Positions 29,890 to 39,807 of a stretch of DNA of 64,000 nt are shown here, one piece after another. Source of the DNA: an uncultured Actinomycetota bacterium (GTDB lineage: Bacteria; Actinomycetota; Actinomycetes; Streptosporangiales; Streptosporangiaceae). How positions within the stretch are numbered: the stretch's first letter is position 1; each line of letters opens with the position of its first letter. Where the stretch lies: contig CAWBJA010000018.1 of the NCBI GenBank assembly GCA_963788895.1, forward strand, positions 40,499 through 104,498. Reading direction: 5' to 3'. The position numbers and the translations under genes are program-made. A model generated the notes under the pieces. It ran no database searches. It saw only the letters and a list, made by a program, of their open reading frames with translations, and had not been told where the DNA came from.

Positions 29890-30290
29890 GCCCGGACCGG
29901 CTGCAGCGTGGTGGCTGGGGCTGTTGCATGACGCCGGGAAGGCGTCCTGCGGATGGCAGGACCGGCTGCGTGGAGTGGCAGGTACGGACCGGCCGGTCGG
30001 GCTTGATCACAAACTGCTGGGTGCGCGCCTAGCGCAGGACCGCGGGCTGGCTGCGTTCGCAATGGCGGTGGCTGGGCATCATGGCGGGCTGACGTCCCGG
30101 GCGGATTTAGCTGGACGGCTGAAGGGGCTGACGGATGCTGAACGGGTCCGTGAGGCCGATGCGCTGGTGAGCTTGGACCGGGCGCTGCCTGAGCTAGCTG
30201 ATGGCAGTGCTGTCTCGTGGCCGGATTCGTGGAGGCAGCCGCTGGTCGGGGAGATGGCCTTGCGGCTGTCACCGCTGATGACTCTGCCGC
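29890..30290 (+). pseudogene. remnant resembling a Cas3-type HD nuclease domain
   Basis: The frame-2 translation WWLGLLHDAGKASCGWQDRL...LDHKLLGARL...AVAGHHGGL fits the HD-domain motif series (HDxGK, H, GHHG) seen in Cas3 HD domains. There is no start codon, and the frame switches near 30220. No helicase domain, other cas genes or CRISPR array are present in the window. Confidence 0.3.
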
Positions 30291-30339
30291 GGCGTCAGCG
30301 CCCGCGCCGGCTGCTGCCGGCCGGACGGCGGGCAAGCGC

Positions 30340-30831
30340 CCGGCGGGGGTGTCGCGGTGGGTGAACGCGAACGGCAAGATCTCCCTGGCCGGGTTCTCCT
30401 GCCATGTCGGCGCGGCCTATGCCGGGGAGCCGGTCGAGGTCGTGGTGGCTGGCGGCCTGGTGGACATCCTGCACGCCGGGGTGGTGGCCGCCACCCACGC
30501 GCAGCGGATCCGCGAGGACCAGGCTGACCGGCTGCCCCGCGCCCCGGTGGCCCGCCGCGCCCGGGACGCCACCGCCGGGATCACGGTGACCCGGCTGGCT
30601 GACGGCGCCGGGGTGGTCTGCTTCGCCGGCGCGTCCTACGCGTGCGGCAGGCGGTGGGCCCGTACCGCCATCGACGTGTCGATCGTGGCCGCCTCGGTGC
30701 AGCTGTCCAAGGACGGCAAGGTCATCCGGGTGCACCCGATCCGCCACGACCGTTCCCGCGAGCTCGGCGCCTTCGCTAACCCCAAAGGCCGCCCCCGGCG
30801 CAAGAACTCCGCCCTCGGCAACACCGCCTGA
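30340..30831 (+). pseudogene. C-terminal fragment of an IS481-like (rve / Mu-transposase-C type) transposase
   Basis: ...RWVNANGKISLAGFSCHVGAAYAGEPVEVVVAGGLVDILHAGVV...SVQLSKDGKVIRVHPIRHDRSRELGAFANPKGRPRRK matches the tail of actinomycete IS481-family transposases. No catalytic core is found upstream. Confidence 0.55.
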
Positions 30832-31299
30832 CCGGCAGCACCGCCTGACCGGTGCGGGTCAGCTGCCCGGTGCCGCCAGGGCGGGCGGCCGCGGCAGCAT
30901 ACGGGGCCGCCCCTCCCTCGTCCAGGGTGCTGCGCATCGCTGCGCGACGGCCTGCGGCCGCCCTGGACAAGCGAGCCTCCGCGGCCCCTCCGGGCAGGCA
31001 TCCGGCGGCCGGGCAGCAGCCCGGCCCGGGCCCAGCACGCGCCCGCCCGCCCCAGCTCCCCGCCCCGTCGGCTGATGCCAGAAACCTCCAAGGCCGCTCC
31101 GCGGCTCACCACCAGCCCCCGCCTGCGGCGGTACCACTGTCGCCCAGCTACCGGAACTCACCTGTCGCCCGGGTACCCGAACTTGACAGCTCGTCAGTCC
31201 GGGAATTAGTTGATCATGGTGGCCGGACGCCCGGTGAGGCCCCCTGTCGATGGTTATACACAGCGTGACATCTGGCGAGAAGGCACAGGTAGAGGGCTC

Positions 31300-31422
31300 G
31301 CTGCTGACGCGGCTCGCGGGAGCGACCGGGTGCCCAGCTGGCCGTCATGGTCCTGCGCGGCGGGGGGCCGCTGCTGACGCGGCTCGCGGGAGCGACCGAG
31401 TGCCCAGCTGGCCGTCATGGTC
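31300..31422. repeat. 53-bp direct repeat, two copies, 1 mismatch, 17-bp spacer
   Basis: GCTGCTGACGCGGCTCGCGGGAGCGACCG(G/A)GTGCCCAGCTGGCCGTCATGGTC at 31300-31352 and 31370-31422. Confidence 0.85.
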
Positions 31423-31680
31423 TCTGCGCTCGGGCGGCTGCTATGCCTGGATCGCCAGCCTGGTACACGCCAGGTCCATCGCGGGTACATGCCAGGTCGG
31501 TGCCAGGCGGAAGTCGCCGGGCAAAGGGTCGGTGGCGGTGATGCCATATCGTGTGGCCTGGATCAGGCCGGTGCGGCTGTGGGCGAGCGGTCCTGCGTGC
31601 CCGGCACTGACCACCTTAGTCACCACCTCCGGGCGGTTGCGGAAGTGGTGACCAAGGCCTGGCTCAGCGGACGGCTGGCC

Positions 31681-32346
31681 TTATTCCTCGATGTAGAGGA
31701 TTCCGGCGTCGATGGTATCGCCGCAGTTGGCCGTCGAGGTGCCGTCGCCGGTTACCAGGTTGCCGAACGCCTTGCCGAAGTCGCCGCATACGACCTTCAG
31801 GTGCCACACCTGGGTGGCGGGCCTGCCGGTGCAGCCCAGCGCCAGGCTCAAGCCGCCCAGCCAGGTGAACGAGCAGTCGGACGGGATGTTCCCGGGCTCG
31901 ATCAAGCCCGTGCCCGTGCTATTCGTAATCGTGATCGGCGTCGTGGTGCCGGTGATCACGACGGTGAAGGACCTGGTGGCGCCGAACAGCCCGGCGTCGA
32001 GCAGCGGTATCGACAGGGTTGCGGTGGTCTGGCCGGCCGCGATGACTTCCTCACCTGTCGCCGGGGTGCTGAAGTCCACGCCGTTGACGGCGGTGCCGTT
32101 GACGACGTTGTAGAAGATGCCGAGCGACGAAGCAGTCGAACCGGTCCGCCCGAACGCTATGTTCATAGTGCCCGTTGTGATCGTGTTGCAGGTGCTCGCT
32201 GATGCGCAGGTCACGTTGTACTGCGTTTTGACATCGCTCCGGACAAACGCGGTCGCAGCGGCGGCGTTCGCGGGAGCGGCGGCCAAGACGCTGCCCGCCA
32301 CCAGAACCGCACTCAGAGCAGCAGTTAAAGTCAGCCCGATACGCAT
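31681..32346 (-). CDS. secreted protein with a Calx-beta-like domain and a Cys-containing C-terminal domain
   Basis: Signal peptide MRIGLTLTAALSAVLVAGSVLAAAPANA. The segment NGTAVNGVDFSTPATGEEVIAAGQTTATLSIPLLD fits the Calx-beta pattern. Local GC is visibly lower than in the flanks. Confidence 0.55.
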   Translation of the reverse strand: MRIGLTLTAALSAVLVAGSVLAAAPANAAAATAFVRSDVKTQYNVTCASASTCNTITTGTMNIAFGRTGSTASSLGIFYNVVNGTAVNGVDFSTPATGEEVIAAGQTTATLSIPLLDAGLFGATRSFTVVITGTTTPITITNSTGTGLIEPGNIPSDCSFTWLGGLSLALGCTGRPATQVWHLKVVCGDFGKAFGNLVTGDGTSTANCGDTIDAGILYIEE

Positions 32347-32602
32347 GATGGTGTCCCTTCATCGCGGCCATAGCCGAGGTCTTATTCCAGCTCTGGCTGG
32401 GGTCGCTGTGGTTCCCTGGCGAACCACAGCGAAGAGTTGTTGTCTTTGGGGGTTTGAGCTGGTCTTTCGCTGGCAGATTGTGGCTCGCGGAGCGAAGAGC
32501 GGCGAATGGCTGGCCCGCCACCGGTGAACCGACATGCCGCCGCATTCGTCAGGGGAGCAGGGAAGCGGGTTGCTGAGCGGCGGGTTGCTGGGAGGTGACG
32601 TT

Positions 32603-35600
32603 ATGCGGTCCGAGCGGGGACAGGCTGACCTGCCGCCGGGTCCGGTCCGGGAGCTTGCCGATCTGTTCCGGCGACTGCGGCGCCAGCGGCCGCTGTCGGT
32701 CGGCCAGATCGCGGTCGCGACCAGCTTGTCGCCTAGTCATGTTAGTGAGGTGCTGCGGGGGTGGAAGACGCCGAGCCCTCAAGCCGCCGACGCGATAGCC
32801 CGCGCGCTGGGTGCTGGCGCTGAGGAAGCCGCCAAGGCGCACCGGATGGCTGAGCAAGTCCAGGAGCTGAAGCGCTATCTGCGCACGCACAGCGCACCGC
32901 CCGGGGCAGGTCGCCAGCCATGGACGTGGCATTCCCTGCCTGTCCCAGCCGGTGACGGGCACGGGCATCTGGCACGGTTGACGCGTTCGGGGGCAGCCGG
33001 TGACGAGGATCTAGGGTCAGCGGCGTGCTATGAGCCCGTGGTGGAGGTATTCCCGGTGGCGATCGGCCATTACACCGATCCGGGCATGGCAGATCTGGGA
33101 GGCGTCGAGGCGCGGGTGGGGCGGCTGGTGGACCTGCTGGCCGTGTTCGGTGGCCGGCACCGGCCCTGGGCGCAGCCGGCCAGGGAGCGGGGGGCCAGCG
33201 CTGTCCAGCGTCGGCTGCGGGACTGGTCGCGGCCTCCCGCTGCGGCAACTGATACGGGCCGGCGGGCTGGTCTTGGGCTTAGCCCGCCACCTGGGTCGGT
33301 GCTGTACTGGGTGGGGCATGGCTGGTCGGATGGCTTCCGGGCGGTGCTGGCGCACGCCGAAAGCCCGGCGACGGTTGGCGGGTGGGGGCTGGAACCACAG
33401 CAACTGGCGCAGGCCATCCGCGCGCGGCAGGCGGCGATCCCGGCTGGTTGGCAGGGGGCGGGGGCAGGAGGCTGGGCGCTGGTGGTGCTGGACACCAGCC
33501 ACGCCACCCAGGTCGCCGACGCCGTCATGGCGGCGTTGCATGGCCCGGACGCCCCGGGGCGGCTGCTGCTGGTCGCCGTCCCGCATGACGACGCCGCGCC
33601 AGCGGCCGGGTTCGGCGACGTGCTGGCGGCTCTACTGGCCAGCACGTACCGGGCCGAGCGCCAGATCCTGCTGCGTGACCTGGCCAGCCAGCTGGAACGG
33701 GTGCTGGGCCCGGGCAACGTGTATCAGCGGGGCTTGGGTGAGGCGGCGCTGGTGCGGACCTACCCGCCTGTGGCGTCGTGGATGTCAGCGCCGGTGGATA
33801 CCATCCGCCACCTCGAAGAGGTCCTGGCGAGCCTGCCCGCCGATGAGCGCAGCCATTTCGTGGGCAAGGCGCAGGGTGCCGAACAGGGCGAGTTGTGCTG
33901 GTTCTTCGAAGGCCGCCAGCAGGAAGCCGGGCAGATCAGCACCTGGCTGCACCAGGCCCTCTCCGGCATGCTGGTGGTCACCGGACGCGCCGGATCAGGC
34001 AAGTCCGCGCTGCTCGGCAGCGTGCTGGTGCACTCGCTGCCCGGCCTGCGCGACGCGCTGGCCCGCCGCGGGCTGATCACCATGCCCGGGCCCGCCAGCC
34101 TGCCCCCCGACGGAGTGTTCGACGCTGTTATTCATCTCAGCGGCCTGACCCTGCAGCAGGCCACCGGCCGGGTGGCCGCCGCCGCAGGCCTGGGTCGGCT
34201 GCCGTCGCAGACCGACTCTGCCCTGGGGGTGGCCAACGACCTGGACTGGCTAACCGACCGCTTGCCGGCGATGCTGGAGGGCCGGGGCCGACCGCTGACG
34301 ATCCTGGCCGATGCCCTCGATGAGGCCATCGACCCGCTGGATACCGCCCGGGCGCTGCTAGCCCGGCTCGCGGCTCTGCCCCAGGTGCGGGTGCTGGTGG
34401 GAACCCGGGCCTCCACCAGCGAAACCCCTGACACCCCCGCAGGCGATAACGATCTACTGCGCGCTTTGAGCGCCGATCTCCCCTCGCCAGGTGCGCAGGG
34501 CGGCCCGGGACTGGTGCGGGTTGGCCGCGACAGCCAGGCGATCAGCCGCTATGCGGCCCGCCGTCTGCGGCACGCCCGCGACTACGGCCTGGGCGGGGGC
34601 GCCATTCCCGCCATGACTCACGTGCGTGATGCCGACATTGACCGGGCCGCTGGGGCCATCGCCGCCCGGGACCGGGAATTCCTGTTCGCCCGCTTGGCGG
34701 TCTACGAGCTGATCGAGGATCCCACGTTCCTGCTGCCCGGTCGGGCCGCTTCCTTGGATCAGCTCCTGCGCGGCGATCACCAGGACCTGTTCGCCAAGGC
34801 CCTGGACCGCCTCGCCCGCCTCGATGACCACTACGAGCCGCTGATCCAGGCCCTCGCCCTGGCCCGCGGCCGCGGCATCCCCGAGGCCGATGGCATCTGG
34901 GCCACCATCGCCGCCGCCTTCACGACAACGCCCGGGCACCCCAGACCCCCCGGGGATCCCAGCACCAATGGCCTGGCACCCCGGGCGTGGGCGCGCGCCA
35001 TCCAAGGCCTGCTCAGCCATGCCGCCGCCTACCTCGTGGTCGATACCGCAGACGAGGGGCAGCGCGCAACGGTCTACCGGCTGGCACACCGCACCTTCGT
35101 GGAGTACTTCACCAGGACCCGGCAGGCCAGCACCGCCCACCGGGACCGGCAACGCCACGCGGCCAAGGCATTGCTAGACCGAGCGCGTCAGATCGCGGCT
35201 GCCGATCCCGGCGGCATGCCTGCCTATCTAGCCCGGCATCTGACTGGGCACATCGGCGATGCCAGGCTCTGGGACAGCCTGGCCGCTACCCCCCGCGTCC
35301 TGGACGGCCTCCATCCCGCCGCGGTGACCACTGATGCCCTGCGCACTCTATTCGGCCGCCGGGCCATCCCCGCGCCCATCGCCGGGATCATCGGCGCCCG
35401 CGACGACCTGCTCACCGCCTCACCCGCAGACCGCGCGGCCTGCGGCAACTCGCCAGCACCACCCATAGCCCCCGGCGCGTTCCCGGCGAGCCTTGCCACC
35501 AGTGGGGGATCGCAGCCGCTCAGGCCGGGCAGGTCAGTATGCACATCCGGCTCACCGGCCACACCGCTCCCGTCGCCGGTGTGTGCGTCCTGCCGCTGCC

Positions 35601-38553
35601 CGGCGGGCGCACCTCGGTCGCCTCCGCCAGCGACGATGGCACCATCCGGCTGTGGGACCCTCAGACTGGTGCGCCCATCGGAGCACCGCTGACCGGCCAC
35701 ACCGGCACCGTCGAGGGTATCTGCGCCATTTCGCTCCCGGACCAGAGCACGGTGCTGGCCTCAGCCAGCAGCGATGGGACGGTGCGGGTCTGGGATCCGG
35801 TCACCGGCCGGCCGGTCGGCGGGCCGCTTACCGGTCACGCCGGGCCTGTGCTCGGGGTGTGCGCGGTGCCGGGGACTGGCGGGCCGGGCGGGCGGACCTG
35901 GATCGCCTCCGCCGGGACCGATGGGACGGTGCGGGTCTGGGATCCGGTCACCGGCCGGCTGGTCGGCGGGCCGCTGACCGGTCACGCCGGGATCGTGGCC
36001 AGCGTGTGCGCGGTGCCGGGGACTGGCGGGCCGGGCGGGCGGACCTGGATCGCCTCCGCCGGGGATGACGGGGCGGTGCGGGTCTGGGAGCCGGTCACCG
36101 GCCGGCTGGTCGGCGGGCCGCTGACCGGTCACGCCGGGCCTGTGCTCGGGGTGTGCGCGGTGCCCGGGACTGGCGGGCCGGGCGGGCGGACCTGGATCGC
36201 CTCCGCCGGGACCGATGGGACGGTGCGGGTCTGGGATCCGGTCACCGGCCGGCTGGTCGGCGGGCCGCTGACCGGTCACGCCGGGACTGTGCTCGGGGTG
36301 TGCGCGGTGCCCGGCGGCTGGCGGGCCGGGCGGGCGGACCTGGATCGCCTCCGCCGGGACCGATGGGACGGTGCGGGTCTGGGATCCGGTCACCGGCCGG
36401 CTGGTCGGCGGGCCGCTGACCGGTCACGCCGGGACTGTGCTCGGGGTGTGCGCGGTCCCGGCGGCTGGCGGGCCGGGCGGGCGGACCTGGATCGCCTCCG
36501 CCGGAGCCGACGGGACGGTGCGGGTCTGGGATCCGGTCACCGGCCGGCCGGTCACAAGGCCCTTGGTATCCAATCACGTCGGCGCCGTGCGCAGCGTGTG
36601 CGCGGTCCCGGCGGCTGGCGGGCCGGGCGGGCGGACCTGGATCGCCTCCGCCAGAGCCGACGGGACGGTGCGGGTCTGGGATCCGGTCACCGGCCGGCTG
36701 GTCGGCGGGCCGCTGACCGGTCACGCCGGGACTGTGCTCGGGGTGTGCGCGGTCCCGGCAGCTGGCGGGCCGGGCGGGCGGACCTGGATCGCCTCCGCCG
36801 GGGATGACGGGACGGTGCGGGTCTGGGATCCGGTCACCGGCCGGCTGGTCGGCGGGCCGCTGACCGGCCACGCCGGCGGCGTGCGCAGCGTGTGCGCGGT
36901 GCCGGGGACTGGCGGGCCGGGCGGGCGGACCTGGATTGCCTCCGCCGGGGATGACGGGGCGGTGCGGGTCTGGGATCCGGTCACCGGCCGGCTGGTCGGC
37001 GGGCCGCTGACTAGTCACGCCGGCGGCGTGCGCAGCGTGTGCGCGGTGCCGGGGACTGGCGGGCCGGGCGGGCGGACCTGGATTGCCTCCGCCGGGGATG
37101 ACGGGGCGGTGCGGGTCTGGGAGCCGGTCACCGGCGGCTGGTCGGCGGGCCGCTTACCGGTCATACCGGGCCTGTGCTCGGGGTGTGCGCGGTGCCGGGG
37201 ACTGGCGGGCCGGGCGGGCGGACCTGGATTGCCTCCGCCGGGGATGACGGGGCGGTGCGGGTCTGGGAGCCGGTCACCGGCCGGCTGGTCGGCGGGCCGC
37301 TTACCGGTCATACCGGGCCTGTGCTCGGGGTGTGCGCGGTGCCGGGGACCGGCGGGCCGGGCGGGCGGACCTGGATCGCCTCCGCCGGGACCGATGGGAC
37401 GGTGCGGGTCTGGGATCCGGTCACCGGCCGGCTGGTCGGCGGGCCGCTGACCGGTCACGCCGGGCCTGTGCTCGGCGTGTGCGCGGTGCCGGGGACTGGC
37501 GGGCCGGGCGGGCGGACCTGGATCGCCTCCGCCGGGGATGACGGGGCGGTGCGGGTCTGGGATCCGGTCACCAGCCGCCCGGTCGGTGAACCACTGACCA
37601 CTTCGCAGGCTCCCGTGGCAGCGCTGCAGCCACTCAGAATCACAGACGCGGCCTGCGCAGTCGTGCGCTCGGCCGGATACCTGCACCTATGGAAGCCCGC
37701 CACCGGCACGCTGACCCCCGCAGCGACCCCGACCCCGCACGTGTCAGCGTTCGCCGAACTCACCACCAAGACCAACTCCCCCCGCGTGTGGATCGTCGCC
37801 GATCCCAGCGGCCTGCTGACCCTCATCACGCCTACCCGGGGCGCCCCGTCCCGCACTACCCGCCTCGGCGACACCATTCTTAGCCTGCTGTCCATCCCCG
37901 GCCAGCCACCCCAGCTTGCCTGCGCCAGCCGCAACGGGACCATCGCTCTCCTGCACGCCGACACCCTGCGCCCGGCCGGGCCGCCGCTGACCGGCCATGA
38001 CGGTCCTGTGCGCACCCTGTGCTTGCTGACCACCCCTAATAGCCCTGCCATCCTCGCCTCCGCTGGACACGACGCCGCCATCCGGCTCTGGGATCCCAGC
38101 GGCAGAACCGCCATCGGAGGGCCGCTGACCGGTCACGACGGCTGGATCTGGGCACTAACCGCCATTCCCGCCACCAGCCCGGACACCACCCTGCTCGCGT
38201 CCGCGGGCGCCGACGCGACGATACGGATTTGGGATCCCCGCACCGGCGAAGCCGCCATGCCGCCGTTGACCGGCCACACCGGCCAAGTCCGAGCCCTCAC
38301 CCTCGCCGTGGCCGCAGACGGCAGCACGCTCCTGCTGTCGGGCGGCCACGACGGCACGATCCGGCTCTGGCACCCCGTCACCGGCCAGGCCATCCACGCC
38401 ATCCCGCTCGGCGTGCCGGTCCATGCTCTGCTCCAGCAACCCCTTGACCACCGCTCCCGCCAGCGCACCGCCAACGGGGCAACCATCGTCGTCGGCCTGC
38501 GCACGGGCATTCTCAGCCTCGACCTCAACCGGTCGATGTTCCCCGTACGATAA
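32603..38553 (+). pseudogene. NLR/STAND-type protein of about 1980 aa with domain order HTH, caspase-like domain, NACHT-type P-loop NTPase, about 20 WD40 repeats; interrupted by three single-nucleotide frame changes
   Basis: SD GGGAGG plus the ATG at 32603. XRE-like HTH (SVGQIAVATSLSPSHVSEVLRG). Caspase-like dyad context: LYWVGHGWSDG (GHG at 33314-33322) and ALVVLDTSHA (33491-33505). Walker A GRAGSGKS at 33983-34006 and Walker B LTILADALDE. WD units carry the LTGH...VRVWD signature. The frame changes lie at about 35440-35530, about 36312 (+1) and about 37130 (-1). Confidence 0.8.
35824..37590 (+). repeat. array of 12 near-identical 147-bp (49-codon) WD40 repeat units
   Basis: The unit is LTGH(A/T)G(P/T/I/G)V(LG/AS/RS)VCAVP(GT/AA)GGPGGRTWIASAG(T/D/A)DG(T/A)VRVW(D/E)PVTGRLVGGP. 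The nucleotide copies are nearly identical. Divergent WD units flank the array on both sides. Confidence 0.9.
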
Positions 38554-38835
38554 GCCGCAGCAGTGCCCGCACCACCTCACCCGGCACCACCGCACCAGCC
38601 AGCGCGCCCCGCCACGCGGGAAAAGCAGGCGAAAAGAACAAGAACATGGCGGGCCGCTCACAGCCCGCCACCCATGCGAACCACACTCTGCGCAGGGGCC
38701 GACGCCGGTTTCAGGCGTCTTTCCGGCGGGTGTCATCCGCACCTTCTGGAAACTGGGATTCAGGCAATCCAGCGTGGGGTGGACTGCCCGGCGAGGTCCC
38801 GAGTTCATGCTGGATGAACCCAGGCAGCCTCCCCC

Positions 38836-39800
38836 CGAACCTGTGCCGCTCGTAACTAGGATTCTGGCCTTGACCTGGGTCTTTTCGGTCTTCAGGCGGC
38901 TCGCTCGTACTCGTTGATCAGGCCGCCCAGGACCGGTTTTGGGCGGATCCGACAGGTGCCGAGGTCTGCTGCGGTGATGGGAGCGGGGTCAATGTCCGGG
39001 ACGCGCTGGCCGATGCCCTGATGGGGACGAGCGGTGTTGTAATGCTTCTGGTATTCGGCCAGGACGAACCGCAGGTGTGCCCGGTTGAGGATCAGGGTCC
39101 GGTCGAGGAGCTCACGGCGCAGGGTGCCGATGAGGCGCTCGCAGATCGCGTCATCCGTGGCGACTGGACGGCGGTGCGCACGATGGTGGTGCCGGTGGCC
39201 TGGAAGACGGCGTCGAAGGAGGCAGTGAAGTTCGAGCCGCGGTCGCGGATCAGGAACCGGAAGTCCCCGAACCGTCCGCCGAGTTCAAGGGCCAGGTTGC
39301 GGGCCTGTTGCACCGTCCAGGCGCCGGTTGGGTGGGCGGTGACGCCGCCGATGTACATCCGGCGAGTGCCGTGCTCGATGAACACCAGGACGTACAGCCT
39401 GGTCAGCATCACGGTGTCGACGTGCAGGAAGTCGACGGCGAGGACCCCGGCGGCCTGCAGGAACTGCCGCCAGGTCGGTCCGTCCCGGCGCGGCGCCGGG
39501 TCGATGCCCGCCGCGCGAGGATCTCATAGGCGGTGGACGCCGCGACCGCGGCGCCAAGCTTGGTCAGCTCGCCGTGAATACGCCGGTAGCCGCAGAAGGG
39601 GTTCTCGTGCGCCAGGCGGATGGCGAGCCGGGCGATGCTCCGGATCGTCGCCGGCCGGCCGGGCCGCCGCCGCTTGCTACGGCCACCCGCCCGTGGCTCA
39701 TGGGCGCGGCGACCCGCAGGCCGCGGCCGGCCTCGGGCTCACCACTGCCGCCCGTGCCTTTCTTGAGCGGGTGCATCAGTACTGGTGCGGCCAGTTCGGG
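38836..39800 (-). pseudogene. rve-integrase type IS transposase (IS481/IS3-like), 5'-truncated with several frameshifts (copy 1)
   Basis: The minus-strand translation gives ...RRIHGELTKLGAAVAASTAYEIL..., then FLHVDTVMLTRLYVLVFIEHGTRRMYIGGVTAHPTGAWTVQQARN..FRFLIRDRGSNFTASFDAVF.., then MNAICERLIGTLRRELLDRTL...LINEYERAA*. These pieces are spread over different frames. One example is the loss of an A in ATGA(A)CGCG. Confidence 0.7.
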
Positions 39801-39807
39801 GCCGTCA

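Noticed and set aside
31300-31422. Possible CRISPR array
   Set aside because: There are only two copies, the repeats (53 bp) are longer than the spacer (17 bp), and no adjacent cas genes are present. Nothing else in the window shows a regular repeat-spacer structure.
35761-37686. Several minus-strand ORFs with repeated PADQPAGDRIPDPHRP peptides
   Set aside because: These are antisense translations of the WD40 repeat array. The plus strand gives canonical GH...WD blades.
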